In this document: positions 17,011-27,933 of the stretch, piece after piece
Layout of the letters: each line of letters starts with the position of its first letter
Position numbering within the stretch: position 1 is the stretch's first letter
Source of the DNA: an uncultured Methanosarcinaceae archaeon
GTDB taxonomy: Archaea; Halobacteriota; Methanosarcinia; Methanosarcinales; Methanosarcinaceae
Length of the DNA: 64,000 nt
Reading direction: 5' to 3'
Assembly: GCA_963733675.1 (NCBI GenBank)
Contig: CAVTET010000001.1
Coordinates: 512,001 to 576,000 of the forward strand
The notes under the pieces: generated by a model
What the model was told of the DNA's origin: nothing
The model's input: the letters and a program-made list of their open reading frames with translations, nothing else
Databases searched by the model: none
Made by a program: the position numbers and the translations under genes

Positions 17011-17390
17011 GAATAAAAAAATTTATTCAGTGTTAAAAATGGAATCCAAAATCGGGCAGAAATAGAAAATCAGAAAGAGGAAATGTAGTAAAATTTTTGC
17101 AGTGGAAATTGAGGGGTGTTATTTTTTTAGAAGCAAATATTTCTCAGAAAGATAAAGAATAGGAACAAGTGGAATTATTTTCACTGAGTTCCCTCAGGAA
17201 TCACACTTTGATATTCAACAATAATTAGTATATATAAATTAATTTCTATCTAGATAGCTTCTGTTCATCTTTTTATCAAAATAATTGATAATAGGCTTGA
17301 TAATTGATACAAAGTAGTTTTTATGAATCACTCGTCAGAATATGCAAAAATTTAATTATAGATAAGTTTGAATATACTAAGAGAGTAAAT

Positions 17391-18563
17391 ATGAGGAAAG
17401 AGCAGTATATGTTTCCTGTGGAGGACTTTATTTCAAAAGATGACTTCAACAAAATCAAAAAGTTTTCCCGGGATAAAGAGACACCTTTTTTGGTCATTAA
17501 TCTACGGAAGATAGAGCAAAGTTATGAAGATCTAGTGGAAAGCATGCCCTTTGCGAAGATTCACTATGCTGTAAAAGCAAACCCTATGGATGAAGTAGTG
17601 CTTACCCTGAAAAACAAAGGCTCTAATTTTGATGTGGCAACTGTTTATGAACTTGATCAGGTGCTCAGGCTTGGGGTGGAACCTGAAAGGATCAGTTACG
17701 GCAATACTATCAAGAAAGAATAGCATATAGCCTATGCGTATGAAAAGGGAGTGAAGCTTTTTGTTACTGATTCTGAGAGTGACTTGAAAAAATTAGCTAG
17801 AAAAGCCCCTGGTTCCAAGATCTTTTTCAGGATCCTTACTGAGGGCGACGGTGCAGACTGGCCTCTTTCTAAAAAATTTGGCTCGCATCCAGACCTTATA
17901 TATCAGCTGATCTTAAATGCCAAAAAATTGGGGCTTGATCCTTATGGGCTTTCTTTCCATGTTGGCTCTCAACAGAGAGACATTGGTCAATGGGATAATG
18001 CTATTTCCAAATGCAAGTATCTCTTTGAAGCAGTAGCTGAAAAAGGGATTCATCTGAGAATGATTAACCTTGGTGGTGGTTTTCCTGCAAAATATAAGGC
18101 ACAGGCTAATGACTTAGAAACCTATGCCAAGGAAATCCGCCGTTTTTTACATGTGGACTTTGGAGAACAACTGCCTGAAATCCTTATCGAACCAGGGCGC
18201 TCTCTTGTTGCCAACGCCGGTATAATTGTAAGCGAAGTTATAATGGTCGCCAAAAAGGCACGATTCAATCAGTACAAATGGGTTTATATAGATATTGGAA
18301 AGTTTGGAGGTCTCATCGAGACTCTTGATGAGAGTATTAAATATCCTATATATTGCAATAAAAATGGTTATGCTGAGGAAGCGATCCTTGCAGGTCCGAC
18401 CTGTGACAGCATGGATATTCTATATGAGCATCATAAATATTCTTTCCCACACACAATGAGGGAAGGAGATCGTGTATATATCTTTACAACTGGTGCATAT
18501 ACTCAAAGCTACTGTTCTGTGAGTTTTAATGGTTTTCCTCCGCTCAGATCTTATCTTATTTGA
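17391..18563 (+). CDS. Ornithine/lysine/arginine decarboxylase (fold type III PLP enzyme) with an in-frame TAG at codon 111 (17721-17723)
   Basis: ORFs 17304..17723 and 17751..18563 share one frame and are joined by TAG-CAT-ATA-GCC-TAT-GCG-TAT-GAA-AAG-GGA. Motifs YAVKAN, FDVA, SFHVGSQ, NLGGGF, EPGR, GPTCDSMD and GAY are intact. Confidence 0.88.
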
Positions 18564-19043
18564 TGGGCTAGTGTAGTTCTTTCCTATTTTTCTCTGTCCT
18601 CTAATAATACTTCAATTTAGTTCCATATCTCGCTTTAAATTTTATATTTTTTCATTCGATTGGATAAGTTCTTCAATGCTTAGTTTTTAAGATGATACGC
18701 ATGAATGTTTCACAAGCAACATCTTAGTACCGTCTTGAGACTGATTTAACAGGATTATTGTTGACTGCCATACCCCTAATTTTATAAATTTATATATACA
18801 TAGACCATTGATTTTTATAATTATATCTTCCCGAGATAGGTAATAAAAAGTCAAGTGATTATTTTCACCGAAATTCTATTCTAAATATATTCTAAGATAT
18901 TTATACTTCAAAGGATATATGGATGCGCGTTCACGGCATATATATTTATATACAAGTGTAGATTTTGGAAAAGTAAAAGTTGATGAAACACAGGTTTATA
19001 GAAAGATATACTTTAGCAATAGATTCTTTGGATGCTGGATCTT

Positions 19044-19099
19044 AAATTTATTAGTTTACTTTTCAAAAGCAAGCTTATGCAAAGTAAACTAATAAATTT
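19044..19099. terminator. 19-bp perfect inverted repeat between convergent genes (possible bidirectional terminator)
   Basis: AAATTTATTAGTTTACTTT (19044-19062) and AAAGTAAACTAATAAATTT (19081-19099), ending 15 bp past the dUTPase stop. Confidence 0.5.
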
Positions 19100-19113
19100 T
19101 CCTCCTATAACGC

Positions 19114-19629
19114 TCATTTTGTGTTCTCGTTCTGATATACACCTGAATATCCTTTTTCTACTTCTTTTTCCAAAGTGTAGAATAGGAGCTGTATAATTCG
19201 AGCATTCCTCTTCACCCTGAAACCTGCATAATTATAGACTACAAGCATTGACTCACTGCGGCCCCTGTATCCCGCATCCCACACTGCTGTTTCAAGAGTA
19301 GCCCCGCAACGAATAAGGCTTGATCGTGGCTTTGCTATTGCAGCTAAATTCATTGGAATATTTAGCACCTCATTGAAAAGTATTTTGTAAATACCTTTTG
19401 GTAGATGAATCCAACCATCGCTGCAGAATTCAATAGTTTTTGCGTCTGGGAGTTTTCTTTCAGTATTATCAAAATCTAAGGCTCCGGGACCTTCCATTGT
19501 TTTTACCTCTTTTAGAGTAAGTTCAAGTCCGTTAGGCTGGATCTGCGTTTCGATATCAATTGCATTTTCAAGCAAAGAAGGATTTGCCTGTATAAGTTTT
19601 CTCAGTTCAGCGCTGGATAGAAGCGTCAT
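19114..19629 (-). CDS. Archaeal dUTPase (dCTP deaminase/dUTPase superfamily)
   Basis: QIQPNGLELTL, PRSSLIRCG, AVWDAGYRG, GYSGVYQ motifs. Confidence 0.88.
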   Translation of the reverse strand: MTLLSSAELRKLIQANPSLLENAIDIETQIQPNGLELTLKEVKTMEGPGALDFDNTERKLPDAKTIEFCSDGWIHLPKGIYKILFNEVLNIPMNLAAIAKPRSSLIRCGATLETAVWDAGYRGRSESMLVVYNYAGFRVKRNARIIQLLFYTLEKEVEKGYSGVYQNENTK

Positions 19630-19734
19630 TAAATCTGTAATTGCAGAGATTCTTTATTACCATTTCGGATTTACTCTTTATTAAAATTTTATTAGTTTTC
19701 AATTTTCTTCTGTCACAGGTACTATTTTAATGTG

Positions 19735-20237
19735 AATGAAAATTTTGATTTATTTTCCTGGTATTGGAAAAATTGGTGCAGCAACTTTAATTGCTGAAAT
19801 AGATAATTTAAATGAATTTTCTTAAGGAGATAAGCTTGCTTTTTATCTTGGAATATTCCAGGAAAATATATAAACCTCAATATAAATTATACTACGCAGG
19901 ATGATAACAAGGGAAATCAAAGAACACGATGCGGATTCTAATACAGATTGTTCAAGCAGCAGCGAGAAAGAAATATAGCAAGTTAAGATAGTCTTTCAAT
20001 CGTAAGAGGAAATCAATTGGACATGCAAAGGCAATTACTGCACTGATAAGGAAAATTGTCACAATAATAAAGCATATGATTGCAAATTACGAGATATACA
20101 AAGATGAAATATGATAAAAAAGGAGAAATTCAAAACAAGGGGATTGTTGATACTGGGACCTTTTCAGTTAATTAATGCACAAAAATAATTGGTAGAATCA
20201 CCTCAGTTATGATAAAGAGGACTAAGAGAGCACCTGA
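19735..20237 (+). mobile_element. IS110-family transposase C-terminal remnant
   Basis: FPGIGKIGAATLIAEIDNLNEFS*GDKLAFYLGI followed by ...QAAARK...FNRKRKSIGHAKAITALIRKI; stops and frameshifts. Confidence 0.75.
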
Positions 20238-20268
20238 GGAAGATAATCTCATGTACTTTCATGCTAAA

Positions 20269-21267
20269 TTAGAGGTCAACAAAAGGAACAAGATCACAGC
20301 CTGTGCATCTCAAGCACATAGTCATTGCAAGTTCTGGATTGAGTCCATATCTCTTGAGGACTTTAGCTTCAATTTTTGCAAGCTTTAAAAGTCGCTCAGC
20401 AGATGGACGTTCAGTAAAACAGTCTCCAACTCTAAGAGGATGCGGGTTTATTGGTCGCAGGATAGGAATAACTCCCATTTTTGCAAGGCTTTCGATACCT
20501 TCCATGACAGAAATATCATTTTCTCCGAGTCCGATTATAAAGTTGCTAAAAACCTTATTTTTTCCAAAAACCTCCACAGCTTCTTTGAGGTTGTCCAAGA
20601 TATCATAAAATGTAAGATCCCCACAAACTGTTTTAAAAATCTCACTATTCATCGTCTCAACATTGTACTTGACTTCGGAAACACCTGCTTCATAGAATTT
20701 TCTGGAGCAGCCTTTTATAGGGTACACAGAAACCCCGATAGGAACATTATATTTTTTGAGTGCAGGAAGCAGTTTGAGTACACGATCTACTTCTCCTTCA
20801 ACCGAAGTTTCAACTCCTGAGGTAAGTGATATAGCTTTTAGATTTCTTGTGTTAAAAACCTCATTCACTATGCTCAATACCTCGTCCTCACTCTTAACAT
20901 GCCCCTGTAACTTTGGTACAGGGCAGTATTTACAGTCAAATATACACTTTTCGCAGAGGGTTATGAATGCTTGTTCAGGACAGTGAGAAGGAGCAAACTC
21001 AAGTTTTCCTCGAGCAAGTTCTTTTCCTTCATAGAAAATTGCGACATTTTCATCATCTCCTACTTTTTGGATGGAAAGCGGGGAATTATTTTCTATGCTC
21101 AGTCTTACCCTTTTATATCCTGACTTAAAAAAAATTGAACTGGTTCCTGCCCCTGGACCCGCAGTGGAGCCTCTAGCTCTTGGAATGAGAGATAATTCTA
21201 TGGAAACTGCGCCTATAGAAATGAGGAAAGCTTTCAATTTCGGCGTAATTGGCTTGCTTTTCATCAA
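20269..21267 (-). CDS. Radical SAM protein (methanogen-type, biotin-synthase-like fold)
   Basis: CxxxCxxC motif CIFDCKYC; STAGPGAG motif; C-terminal CLRCTGCD. Confidence 0.88.
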   Translation of the reverse strand: MMKSKPITPKLKAFLISIGAVSIELSLIPRARGSTAGPGAGTSSIFFKSGYKRVRLSIENNSPLSIQKVGDDENVAIFYEGKELARGKLEFAPSHCPEQAFITLCEKCIFDCKYCPVPKLQGHVKSEDEVLSIVNEVFNTRNLKAISLTSGVETSVEGEVDRVLKLLPALKKYNVPIGVSVYPIKGCSRKFYEAGVSEVKYNVETMNSEIFKTVCGDLTFYDILDNLKEAVEVFGKNKVFSNFIIGLGENDISVMEGIESLAKMGVIPILRPINPHPLRVGDCFTERPSAERLLKLAKIEAKVLKRYGLNPELAMTMCLRCTGCDLVPFVDL

Positions 21268-21741
21268 ATATCCGTCTAAATTATTGTTTTTCTTTAGTTA
21301 TATCCTACTACGATATTCACTGAGAAGTCTATACATAATATTGGATATATAAATTCAATTGTCGGGTTCTAAATTCGAAAAAAAGAAAACTTTCTTTAGC
21401 CATAAATTTGACCTTTTATATCTGAAAAAAGCTATTGATCTACTTAATAAAGAAAAAAGCATATATAAGATTATTTCGATCAGTCTCTGATTTTCAATGG
21501 TCATTCTGCACCATTTATAAGCATATGACGAAATTTAGGGGTTATCGAAATCCAAACAAGAAAAAAACAATTAAAAACCTAAAGTAACTATTCAACCTAG
21601 GGAATAAATAAGGCATAGCTGAATTATTTTCCAGAACACAATTTGGTAAATTTGATTGAATAATCCTCAAACTATGCTTAATAAAAAAAAGAAGGCAAAG
21701 ATGAAGCCTGAAATTTCGCGTTTCTACCCTACTATGTAAAT

Positions 21742-22776
21742 TTATAGAGGTTTCCTTTTAAGCTTCTTCTTTGCAAGCTTTTCGATTGCCCCAATGTCGA
21801 CTTCACCGCCTACGATCAACTTCTTGTTGGCAACCGCGCTGTCAAGGAGATGCTGGCCTACAAGAGTACGGACGATAATGGTTGTATAACCCTCTGGACT
21901 CCCAACAGATCCGGCTGAAATGTCAGCTTTGAGGGCAGTAAAGTCTGTGCAGACACTACATCCGAGGCGGACGGTGTCTTGGAGATCGGCAAGGGGAATT
22001 ACATACTGAGTCCCATCATTACAAGTGATTTCAAGTTTACCCTTTACATCAATACGGCAAACTTTCATAGGCTCTAGAGCATACTCGCTTTTCAGCTTGC
22101 CTACAACTAGTTTATCGTAGTCGAAACTTTCAGTGCAGAAAAGCCCAAGCACAAAACGAATAGATTTTTTATAGGGGCCTACAAGCTGGTTGTCGGTTTC
22201 AAGCATCTTACGAACTGCTTGGACTACGCAGGGAACTCCGACAACTGCAATATTTCTATATTTCTTCTTTACGACAGCTTCCTTGAGGGAAGAGATCAGC
22301 GGGACCCACCAGTTGTAACGGCTGCCAGCCTTGGCAATAAGAGCTTCACTTCTGGTGATTATCATCGAGTGAGGCTTGAGAGTCCATAGGTCTTCAGTAA
22401 CCGTAACCACAGCATCTAAAAGGCCTATATCCAGAGCATTTGCAAGAAGGGCCGTAACAGCACCTCCACTCTGCTTTTTAGGGATATCAAATTCGGCTTT
22501 TCCGGCAGTAATTTCCAGATAGTCCCCAAGAAGACCTGACTGCTGTTCATCGACTCTTGGGCAGACTTCATAGCAGGCTCCACAGGGTACATCATCAACA
22601 GCAGATTTACAGTAGTTGTTGCTCTGTGGATGGAGGGAGTTGACCCCAATTTCGAAGTACAAGGCATCAGCAGGGCAGACTGCAATACAGGCTCCGCAGC
22701 CTGAGCAAATGCCTTCATCCCATACTCTTGATTTAAGGTCAAGGTAATTCTTACTGATTGGTTTCTGTTCTACCAT
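21742..22776 (-). CDS. FrhB/FdhB-family F420-binding subunit with N-terminal ferredoxin, linked to glutamate synthase
   Basis: CSGCGACIAVCP, QSGGAVT, VGVPCVVQA, GLFCTESF, ADISAGSVGSPEG motifs. Confidence 0.88.
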   Translation of the reverse strand: MVEQKPISKNYLDLKSRVWDEGICSGCGACIAVCPADALYFEIGVNSLHPQSNNYCKSAVDDVPCGACYEVCPRVDEQQSGLLGDYLEITAGKAEFDIPKKQSGGAVTALLANALDIGLLDAVVTVTEDLWTLKPHSMIITRSEALIAKAGSRYNWWVPLISSLKEAVVKKKYRNIAVVGVPCVVQAVRKMLETDNQLVGPYKKSIRFVLGLFCTESFDYDKLVVGKLKSEYALEPMKVCRIDVKGKLEITCNDGTQYVIPLADLQDTVRLGCSVCTDFTALKADISAGSVGSPEGYTTIIVRTLVGQHLLDSAVANKKLIVGGEVDIGAIEKLAKKKLKRKPL

Positions 22777-22782
22777 TTATGA

Positions 22783-23535
22783 TCACTCCCAAACGTATTT
22801 GTTTGCAAAAGGACGGCTGCTTGAAGGTGCGATTCTCGTGTAGTTAGTGTCCAGAAACTCTGCGGGGTCAAGCTTGAAGTGTTCGCAGAAACTCTTAATC
22901 ACTGGAGCAATGCGTTCGAGGTCGCTCTCATTAAAATTAAATTTCTTGGCACCTACGCCAAGAAGATAGTCGTCCACTTCTCCGCGGATAATGATCTCTC
23001 CACCGTGTATTCCACTTCCTATACCCCTGTCGGTAATGGATTTTTCCTTGCCTATACCCAGCACAAGCACCAGGCCTCCTGCCATATATTCTCCAAGAAA
23101 AGAGTGAGCTGTGCCACCCACGACAAGTATAGGCCTGTTTTCCTCTTTATACTGTTTCATGTGGATGCCTCCCCGATATCCAATATTATCTCTTATGAAA
23201 ACTTTTCCTCCCCGCATACTATGGGCCACTGCGTCTCCTGCACTCCCATGGATTACAAGCATACCGCTATCCATCGTATTTCCTGGAGCATGCTCAGCGT
23301 TCCCCTTTATAATACAAATCGGCCCGCTCATGAACATCCCTAAGTCTCCTCCTGGGACTCCGTTTATTATGATCAGAACATTACTCTTTAAGCCAGTTCC
23401 AATAAAACGTTGTCCTAGAACATTGTCAAGGATAATTTCTCCTACACCGTCAGCAATTGCAGCCCTTATTTTTTGGTTGAGGGGCGTGTAATGCATTCCC
23501 TTTGCATCGATTCTTATCGTCTTCATTTCAATCAT
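22783..23535 (-). CDS. Glutamate synthase GXGXG domain subunit (GltB3 / FwdC-like)
   Basis: GQRFIG, GVPGGDLGMFM, GEYMAGG repeats. Confidence 0.88.
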   Translation of the reverse strand: MIEMKTIRIDAKGMHYTPLNQKIRAAIADGVGEIILDNVLGQRFIGTGLKSNVLIIINGVPGGDLGMFMSGPICIIKGNAEHAPGNTMDSGMLVIHGSAGDAVAHSMRGGKVFIRDNIGYRGGIHMKQYKEENRPILVVGGTAHSFLGEYMAGGLVLVLGIGKEKSITDRGIGSGIHGGEIIIRGEVDDYLLGVGAKKFNFNESDLERIAPVIKSFCEHFKLDPAEFLDTNYTRIAPSSSRPFANKYVWE

Positions 23536-25043
23536 GCCCCCGCAGGAAGTACATCCAATACTTTAAGCATTGCTTCATCCAACATGTATCCACGCAGACG
23601 GTCCCTGTTACCACGCAGACTTTCTATACTATTGATTCCTGCAGCTCCCATAAGCTCGCTAAGTTCCAGAGTCCACCCTTTGATCAAATTTGCAACCTGA
23701 ACTGCTCCCCTCTCTGGGTCAATCCTATTCATTAAGTCCGGTTGCTGGGTAGCAATTCCCCAGGGACAAAGGTTTCTGTAGCAGTTACCACATACTCTGC
23801 AGCCCAGAGAAATAAGGGCAGCAGTCCCGATATAAACAGCATCAGCACCAAGTGCAATTGACTTGGCAAGATCAGCGCTGCTCCTTATTCCACCACTTCC
23901 AATAACCGAAATCTCGTTTCTGACGCCTTGGTCCCTAAGTTTTTGGTCAACGCTTGCAATTGCAACCTCAATGGGAATTCCTACATTGTCTCTGAAGACT
24001 TTCGGAGCTGCTCCGGTACCACCACGGAATCCATCAATTACCACTGCGTCTGCGGAAGAACGAGCAATACCTGCAGCAATAGACGCCACGTTATGCACAG
24101 CTGCAATCTTTACGAAGACAGGTTTTTTCCATTCGGTTGCTTCTTTCAGGCCTCTTATAAGTTGAACGAGGTCTTCGATACTGTAAATATCATGATGTGG
24201 AGCTGGGCTGATCGCATCACTGCCAAAAGGAATCATACGAGTTCTTGATACTTCATCGTTAACTTTTTCTCCAGGGAGATGTCCTCCGATACCCGGCTTT
24301 GCTCCCTGTCCGATCTTGATCTCAATAGCAGCACCTCTTTCAAGGTAATCAATGTTCACACCGAAACGACCTGAAGCAACCTGAACGATCAGACGATCCT
24401 GGTATGGATAGAGAGCTTTGTGAAGCCCACCTTCCCCGGTCCCCATGTAAGTTCCAGTCTCTGTTACTGCCTTTGCCATGCTGAGATGGGAGTTCAGGCT
24501 GATAGCTCCAAAACTCATGTGGCCAATCATAATTGGTGTGTCTAACTTGAGATTTGGAGCAATTTTTGTTTCCAGTTCTACATCCCCAATCTCGGTTTTT
24601 CTTAATTTGAGTTTTGATGGTTTTTTTCCGATATAGGTCCTGAGTTCCATTGGTTCTCTCAGGGGATCAATGCTTGGATTTGTGACTTGACAGGCATCAA
24701 GGAGAAGGCGATCATAGATAATTGGTAGATCTCTGGCGTTTCCCATTCCTGAAAGGATGATCTTACCACTACGAGCCTGGTTTATTATGTCTTCCCTTAC
24801 CTCTCTTGTCCAGACAGGGTGACTTCGATAATCCACTGGTTTTTCCGTAATGGTTATCGCATCCCTCGGGCACATAGCAACGCAACGGAGACAAGCCGTA
24901 CATTTCCTGGATTGTATCAGAATTTTGTCGCCTTCTCTATGGTATACTTCATAGGAGCAGTTTTCAATGCAGCGCCCACAGTCCATGCACTGGTCTCGGT
25001 CAATTCCGACCTTAAATTTAGGTGGTACACTTCCAAGAGTCAT
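23532..25043 (-). CDS. Glutamate synthase FMN-binding subunit (GltB2) with N-terminal 2x[4Fe-4S]
   Basis: MSFGAIS, QVASGRFGV, EIKIGQGAKPGIGGHLPGEKV, SPAPHHDIYSIEDL motifs. Confidence 0.93.
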   Translation of the reverse strand: MTLGSVPPKFKVGIDRDQCMDCGRCIENCSYEVYHREGDKILIQSRKCTACLRCVAMCPRDAITITEKPVDYRSHPVWTREVREDIINQARSGKIILSGMGNARDLPIIYDRLLLDACQVTNPSIDPLREPMELRTYIGKKPSKLKLRKTEIGDVELETKIAPNLKLDTPIMIGHMSFGAISLNSHLSMAKAVTETGTYMGTGEGGLHKALYPYQDRLIVQVASGRFGVNIDYLERGAAIEIKIGQGAKPGIGGHLPGEKVNDEVSRTRMIPFGSDAISPAPHHDIYSIEDLVQLIRGLKEATEWKKPVFVKIAAVHNVASIAAGIARSSADAVVIDGFRGGTGAAPKVFRDNVGIPIEVAIASVDQKLRDQGVRNEISVIGSGGIRSSADLAKSIALGADAVYIGTAALISLGCRVCGNCYRNLCPWGIATQQPDLMNRIDPERGAVQVANLIKGWTLELSELMGAAGINSIESLRGNRDRLRGYMLDEAMLKVLDVLPAGA

Positions 25044-26089
25044 TCGATAAACCTCCCTATTATGGGTTCTCCTGCCCTTGGAGTGTAAACATTTTTAACT
25101 TCTGGATCAAGGCCCCTTATTGCAGCTTCTTCACTGGAGATGTATAGTCTGTTCCCATTTTCACCAACAACTAGGGGGCGTAGTTTGATTCTATCAGTAA
25201 AGCCAACAATACCGTCATCAGTTCCGACTACGATTGCAAAGGGTCCATTCATAAGAGCAGACCCATAGGTAAGGCGAATTGCCTTGTTTAGTTCGGCCTC
25301 CCTTGCAGGCATATGGTCTATGTCATCCCAGAATGGTGGAGCAAGAGCTCGAACAACCATCTCATATGGGAGCTCATGCTGCCTTCCAAGTAGGTCGAAT
25401 AGGTAGGCTACAACCTCGGTGTCAGTAAACAGAGTACATTTGTATCCAAAGCCTTCGACGTAGCGCTGGTTTGTACCATATGATGTGATTTCCCCATTAT
25501 GTACTACTGACCAATTAAGTAGGTTGAATGGATGGGCTCCTCCCCACCAGCCAGGCGAGTTGGTAGGATAACGGTTATGTGCCAGCCAGACATACCCCTT
25601 ATAATTTTCTATTCTATAGAAGTTTGCTACATCCTCTGGCCAGCCTGAAGCCTTGAAGACTCCCATATTTTTTCCTGAGGAAAAGATTGTGGCTCCTATT
25701 ATATTGGCGTTTACCTGCATGACTATGTAAGTAACAACGTCTTTTTCGGAAGCCAATTTTTCGTTGAGATCTTCTGAGGGTTTGAAAAAGTATCTCCAGG
25801 GAATATGGACTTTCCTTATACCTATCTGCGGGGTGTTCGGGATCTCTTCCTGGTGAACGATTTCTCCCCATTGCTGGAGAAGTTCATCAACTTTCTTTTT
25901 TGGTTCAGCTAGGTTGTCAAAGAAAACATGAAGGGCATAATAGTTTGCATACTCTGGATAAATTCCGTATGCTGCATAGCCGGCCCCATCTCCACTGCCT
26001 CTTTCGTTCATGAGGCTGAGGGCGGCTTTTATGCTCGACCCGTCAATTTTGGACTTTGTTCTATCTATAAATCCTATTATTCCACACAT
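25040..26089 (-). CDS. Glutamate synthase glutamine amidotransferase subunit (GltB1)
   Basis: Ntn-hydrolase N-terminus MCGIIG, HNRYPTN, AHPF, VHNGEI, DRIKLRP motifs. Confidence 0.92.
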   Translation of the reverse strand: MCGIIGFIDRTKSKIDGSSIKAALSLMNERGSGDGAGYAAYGIYPEYANYYALHVFFDNLAEPKKKVDELLQQWGEIVHQEEIPNTPQIGIRKVHIPWRYFFKPSEDLNEKLASEKDVVTYIVMQVNANIIGATIFSSGKNMGVFKASGWPEDVANFYRIENYKGYVWLAHNRYPTNSPGWWGGAHPFNLLNWSVVHNGEITSYGTNQRYVEGFGYKCTLFTDTEVVAYLFDLLGRQHELPYEMVVRALAPPFWDDIDHMPAREAELNKAIRLTYGSALMNGPFAIVVGTDDGIVGFTDRIKLRPLVVGENGNRLYISSEEAAIRGLDPEVKNVYTPRAGEPIIGRFIE

Positions 26090-26559
26090 TTTGATCACTC
26101 TATAAATTAATAAAAGTAAACTCTATCCAAAGTATAATTCTCGGATAATTTTCTTTATCATTTTCTGAATAATTTATGTGGCTCGTTTTTTGAGAAATAG
26201 TCAAAAAACTTGCCAGCTGGATAACTGGGTCTTCAGGGCAATTTTTAGAAATTATCACAATTAAGGAGATTTTAAACTAAATTTATTTGATCTGGATGCA
26301 GGTAGTGTACATGAGTTATTGGAAATCGTTAACTTAAAAAAATCTCTTTACATTTTCCAAAAAATTGGAAATATACTAATTATTCAGATTGGATTAATGA
26401 TTCAAGGGCACTATCAAAGTGCAGTTAATATATGTATTTAGCAGCTCTATTACCTTCGATTTCGCTACATTTATATGGATTGAGAGGGACACCGCTAGGG
26501 GAAGTAAGTAAATTAGTACCTATTTGGCAATATATATATGTTTCTTTTTTTTGGTTAAA

Positions 26560-26870
26560 GACTCTTGAAGTAATAAAGCAAAGCACTGCGCTTTGATGCA
26601 TTTCTTTTTCTTTTTCCTCCGATAGTTTTTGGAAATTATTATAAATATTTTCGCAAATCCATAAGCTTTAAGAGAAACGACAATTCCATCATGAGGGATT
26701 TCAAATGCTTCGAGCTGCATATTTTTTGTACTATAAGGATTCACCAAAAGACTTGATTTAAATCCCGTTTAAAAATGCCATTTTTTTACTGATAGTTTTG
26801 AGGTTCTTTATGCCTGCACAAAATGTATCTAACATAAATATAAAAGTCGATTTAATTTTCCCAACTGTGC
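26560..26870 (-). mobile_element. IS701-family transposase remnant
   Basis: Fragments LDTFCAGIKNLKTI and LVNP...QLEAFEIPHDGIVVSLKAYGFAKIF, resembling Methanosarcina IS701 transposases; broken frame. Confidence 0.6.
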
Positions 26871-27595
26871 TAGGTTTAAATTTACCCACCTTTTGGTACA
26901 ACCCACTTTTCACAGGTTACACAAAAATGCCATCTAATTCCTCAATATGATAGTAGATTAAAAATTAATCTGACTTTCAAAGAATAATAGTGAGCAAATA
27001 GACAAACAAATTATATATCTGTGTACATCTGCTGAATATCGGATGTAAATTTTACCCAATATTTCATGAATTCACTCAAAATTACTGATCAAGATTTACC
27101 GTTTTGATTCTCTGTCTCTTCCTTTACTTTAACATATCATTATTCTCCTTAATATTAATCGTTGTATACAATAAGGGAGTCTCATATCAAGTATACTAGC
27201 TTTCATTACATAGTCATTTAATATATTTCCCCATACTTCCAATGACTTGTTTTAGGTAAATATTGTTTTAATTTTATCAATAACGGCTGAAGATCAGCTG
27301 AAATAGATAGTGAGATTCGTCCTCACTAAATGGTAAATAGTCAATTTCGCCAATTATCAACACCTTGTAAAGTGTCAGGTTTCTGTTCTTCTTTTCAAGC
27401 ACGCTTTTCCGGTGTGCCATTTTCAACTTCTCACTAAGGTTTCCTGAATTTGTACAATAAACAGAAATTCCTACTTTTAATGCTTCAATTTCAAGCTAGA
27501 AATAAGAGTATTTGGATAATTACCAACAGCTTATTTTATTAGTCATCAGGTCTTCAAACTGAATAAAATATCTCAGTTTATAGTATGAAAATCAA

Positions 27596-27615
27596 CTTGG
27601 AAGAAAATTTCCAAG
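27596..27615. promoter_or_regulatory. Palindromic operator containing GGAA-N6-TTCC (NrpR-type) upstream of the ACT gene
   Basis: CTTGGAA-gaaaat-TTCCAAG between an AT-rich TATA-like stretch (~27577) and the GGAG RBS. Confidence 0.4.
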
Positions 27616-27631
27616 CAACAGGAGATATACA

Positions 27632-27910
27632 ATGACATCAAGTCGTTTCATTATCACGGTTATAGGCAGCGATCGTGTAGGAATAGTTGCCGGGATCACT
27701 ACAGTGATGGCCAGTTTCAATGTAAACATTGTAGATATCAGTCAGACCATTATGCAGGGCATTTTCACAATGATTATGCTTGCAGAAGCCCCAAAGGAAA
27801 ATTTTGACCTCGCAGCTTTTCAGGAAGCTATGGCTAAAGTGGGAAAGAAAATGGGAGTTGAGGTCAAGGTACAGCATGAAGATGCATTTCGTTTCATGCA
27901 TAGGATCTAA
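27632..27910 (+). CDS. ACT domain protein (UPF0237)
   Basis: IITVIGSDRVGIVA, NIVDISQTIM, QHEDAFRFMHRI; the usual partner of UPF0210. Confidence 0.9.
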   Translation: MTSSRFIITVIGSDRVGIVAGITTVMASFNVNIVDISQTIMQGIFTMIMLAEAPKENFDLAAFQEAMAKVGKKMGVEVKVQHEDAFRFMHRI

Positions 27911-27933
27911 CTGAGTAAATTAGGAGGATTTTC

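Noticed and set aside
26354-26371. Palindrome TTTCCAA-aaaa-TTGGAAA upstream of gltB1 as an NrpR site
   Set aside because: Half-sites are in the wrong order and spacing for GGAA-N6-TTCC; low-complexity context.
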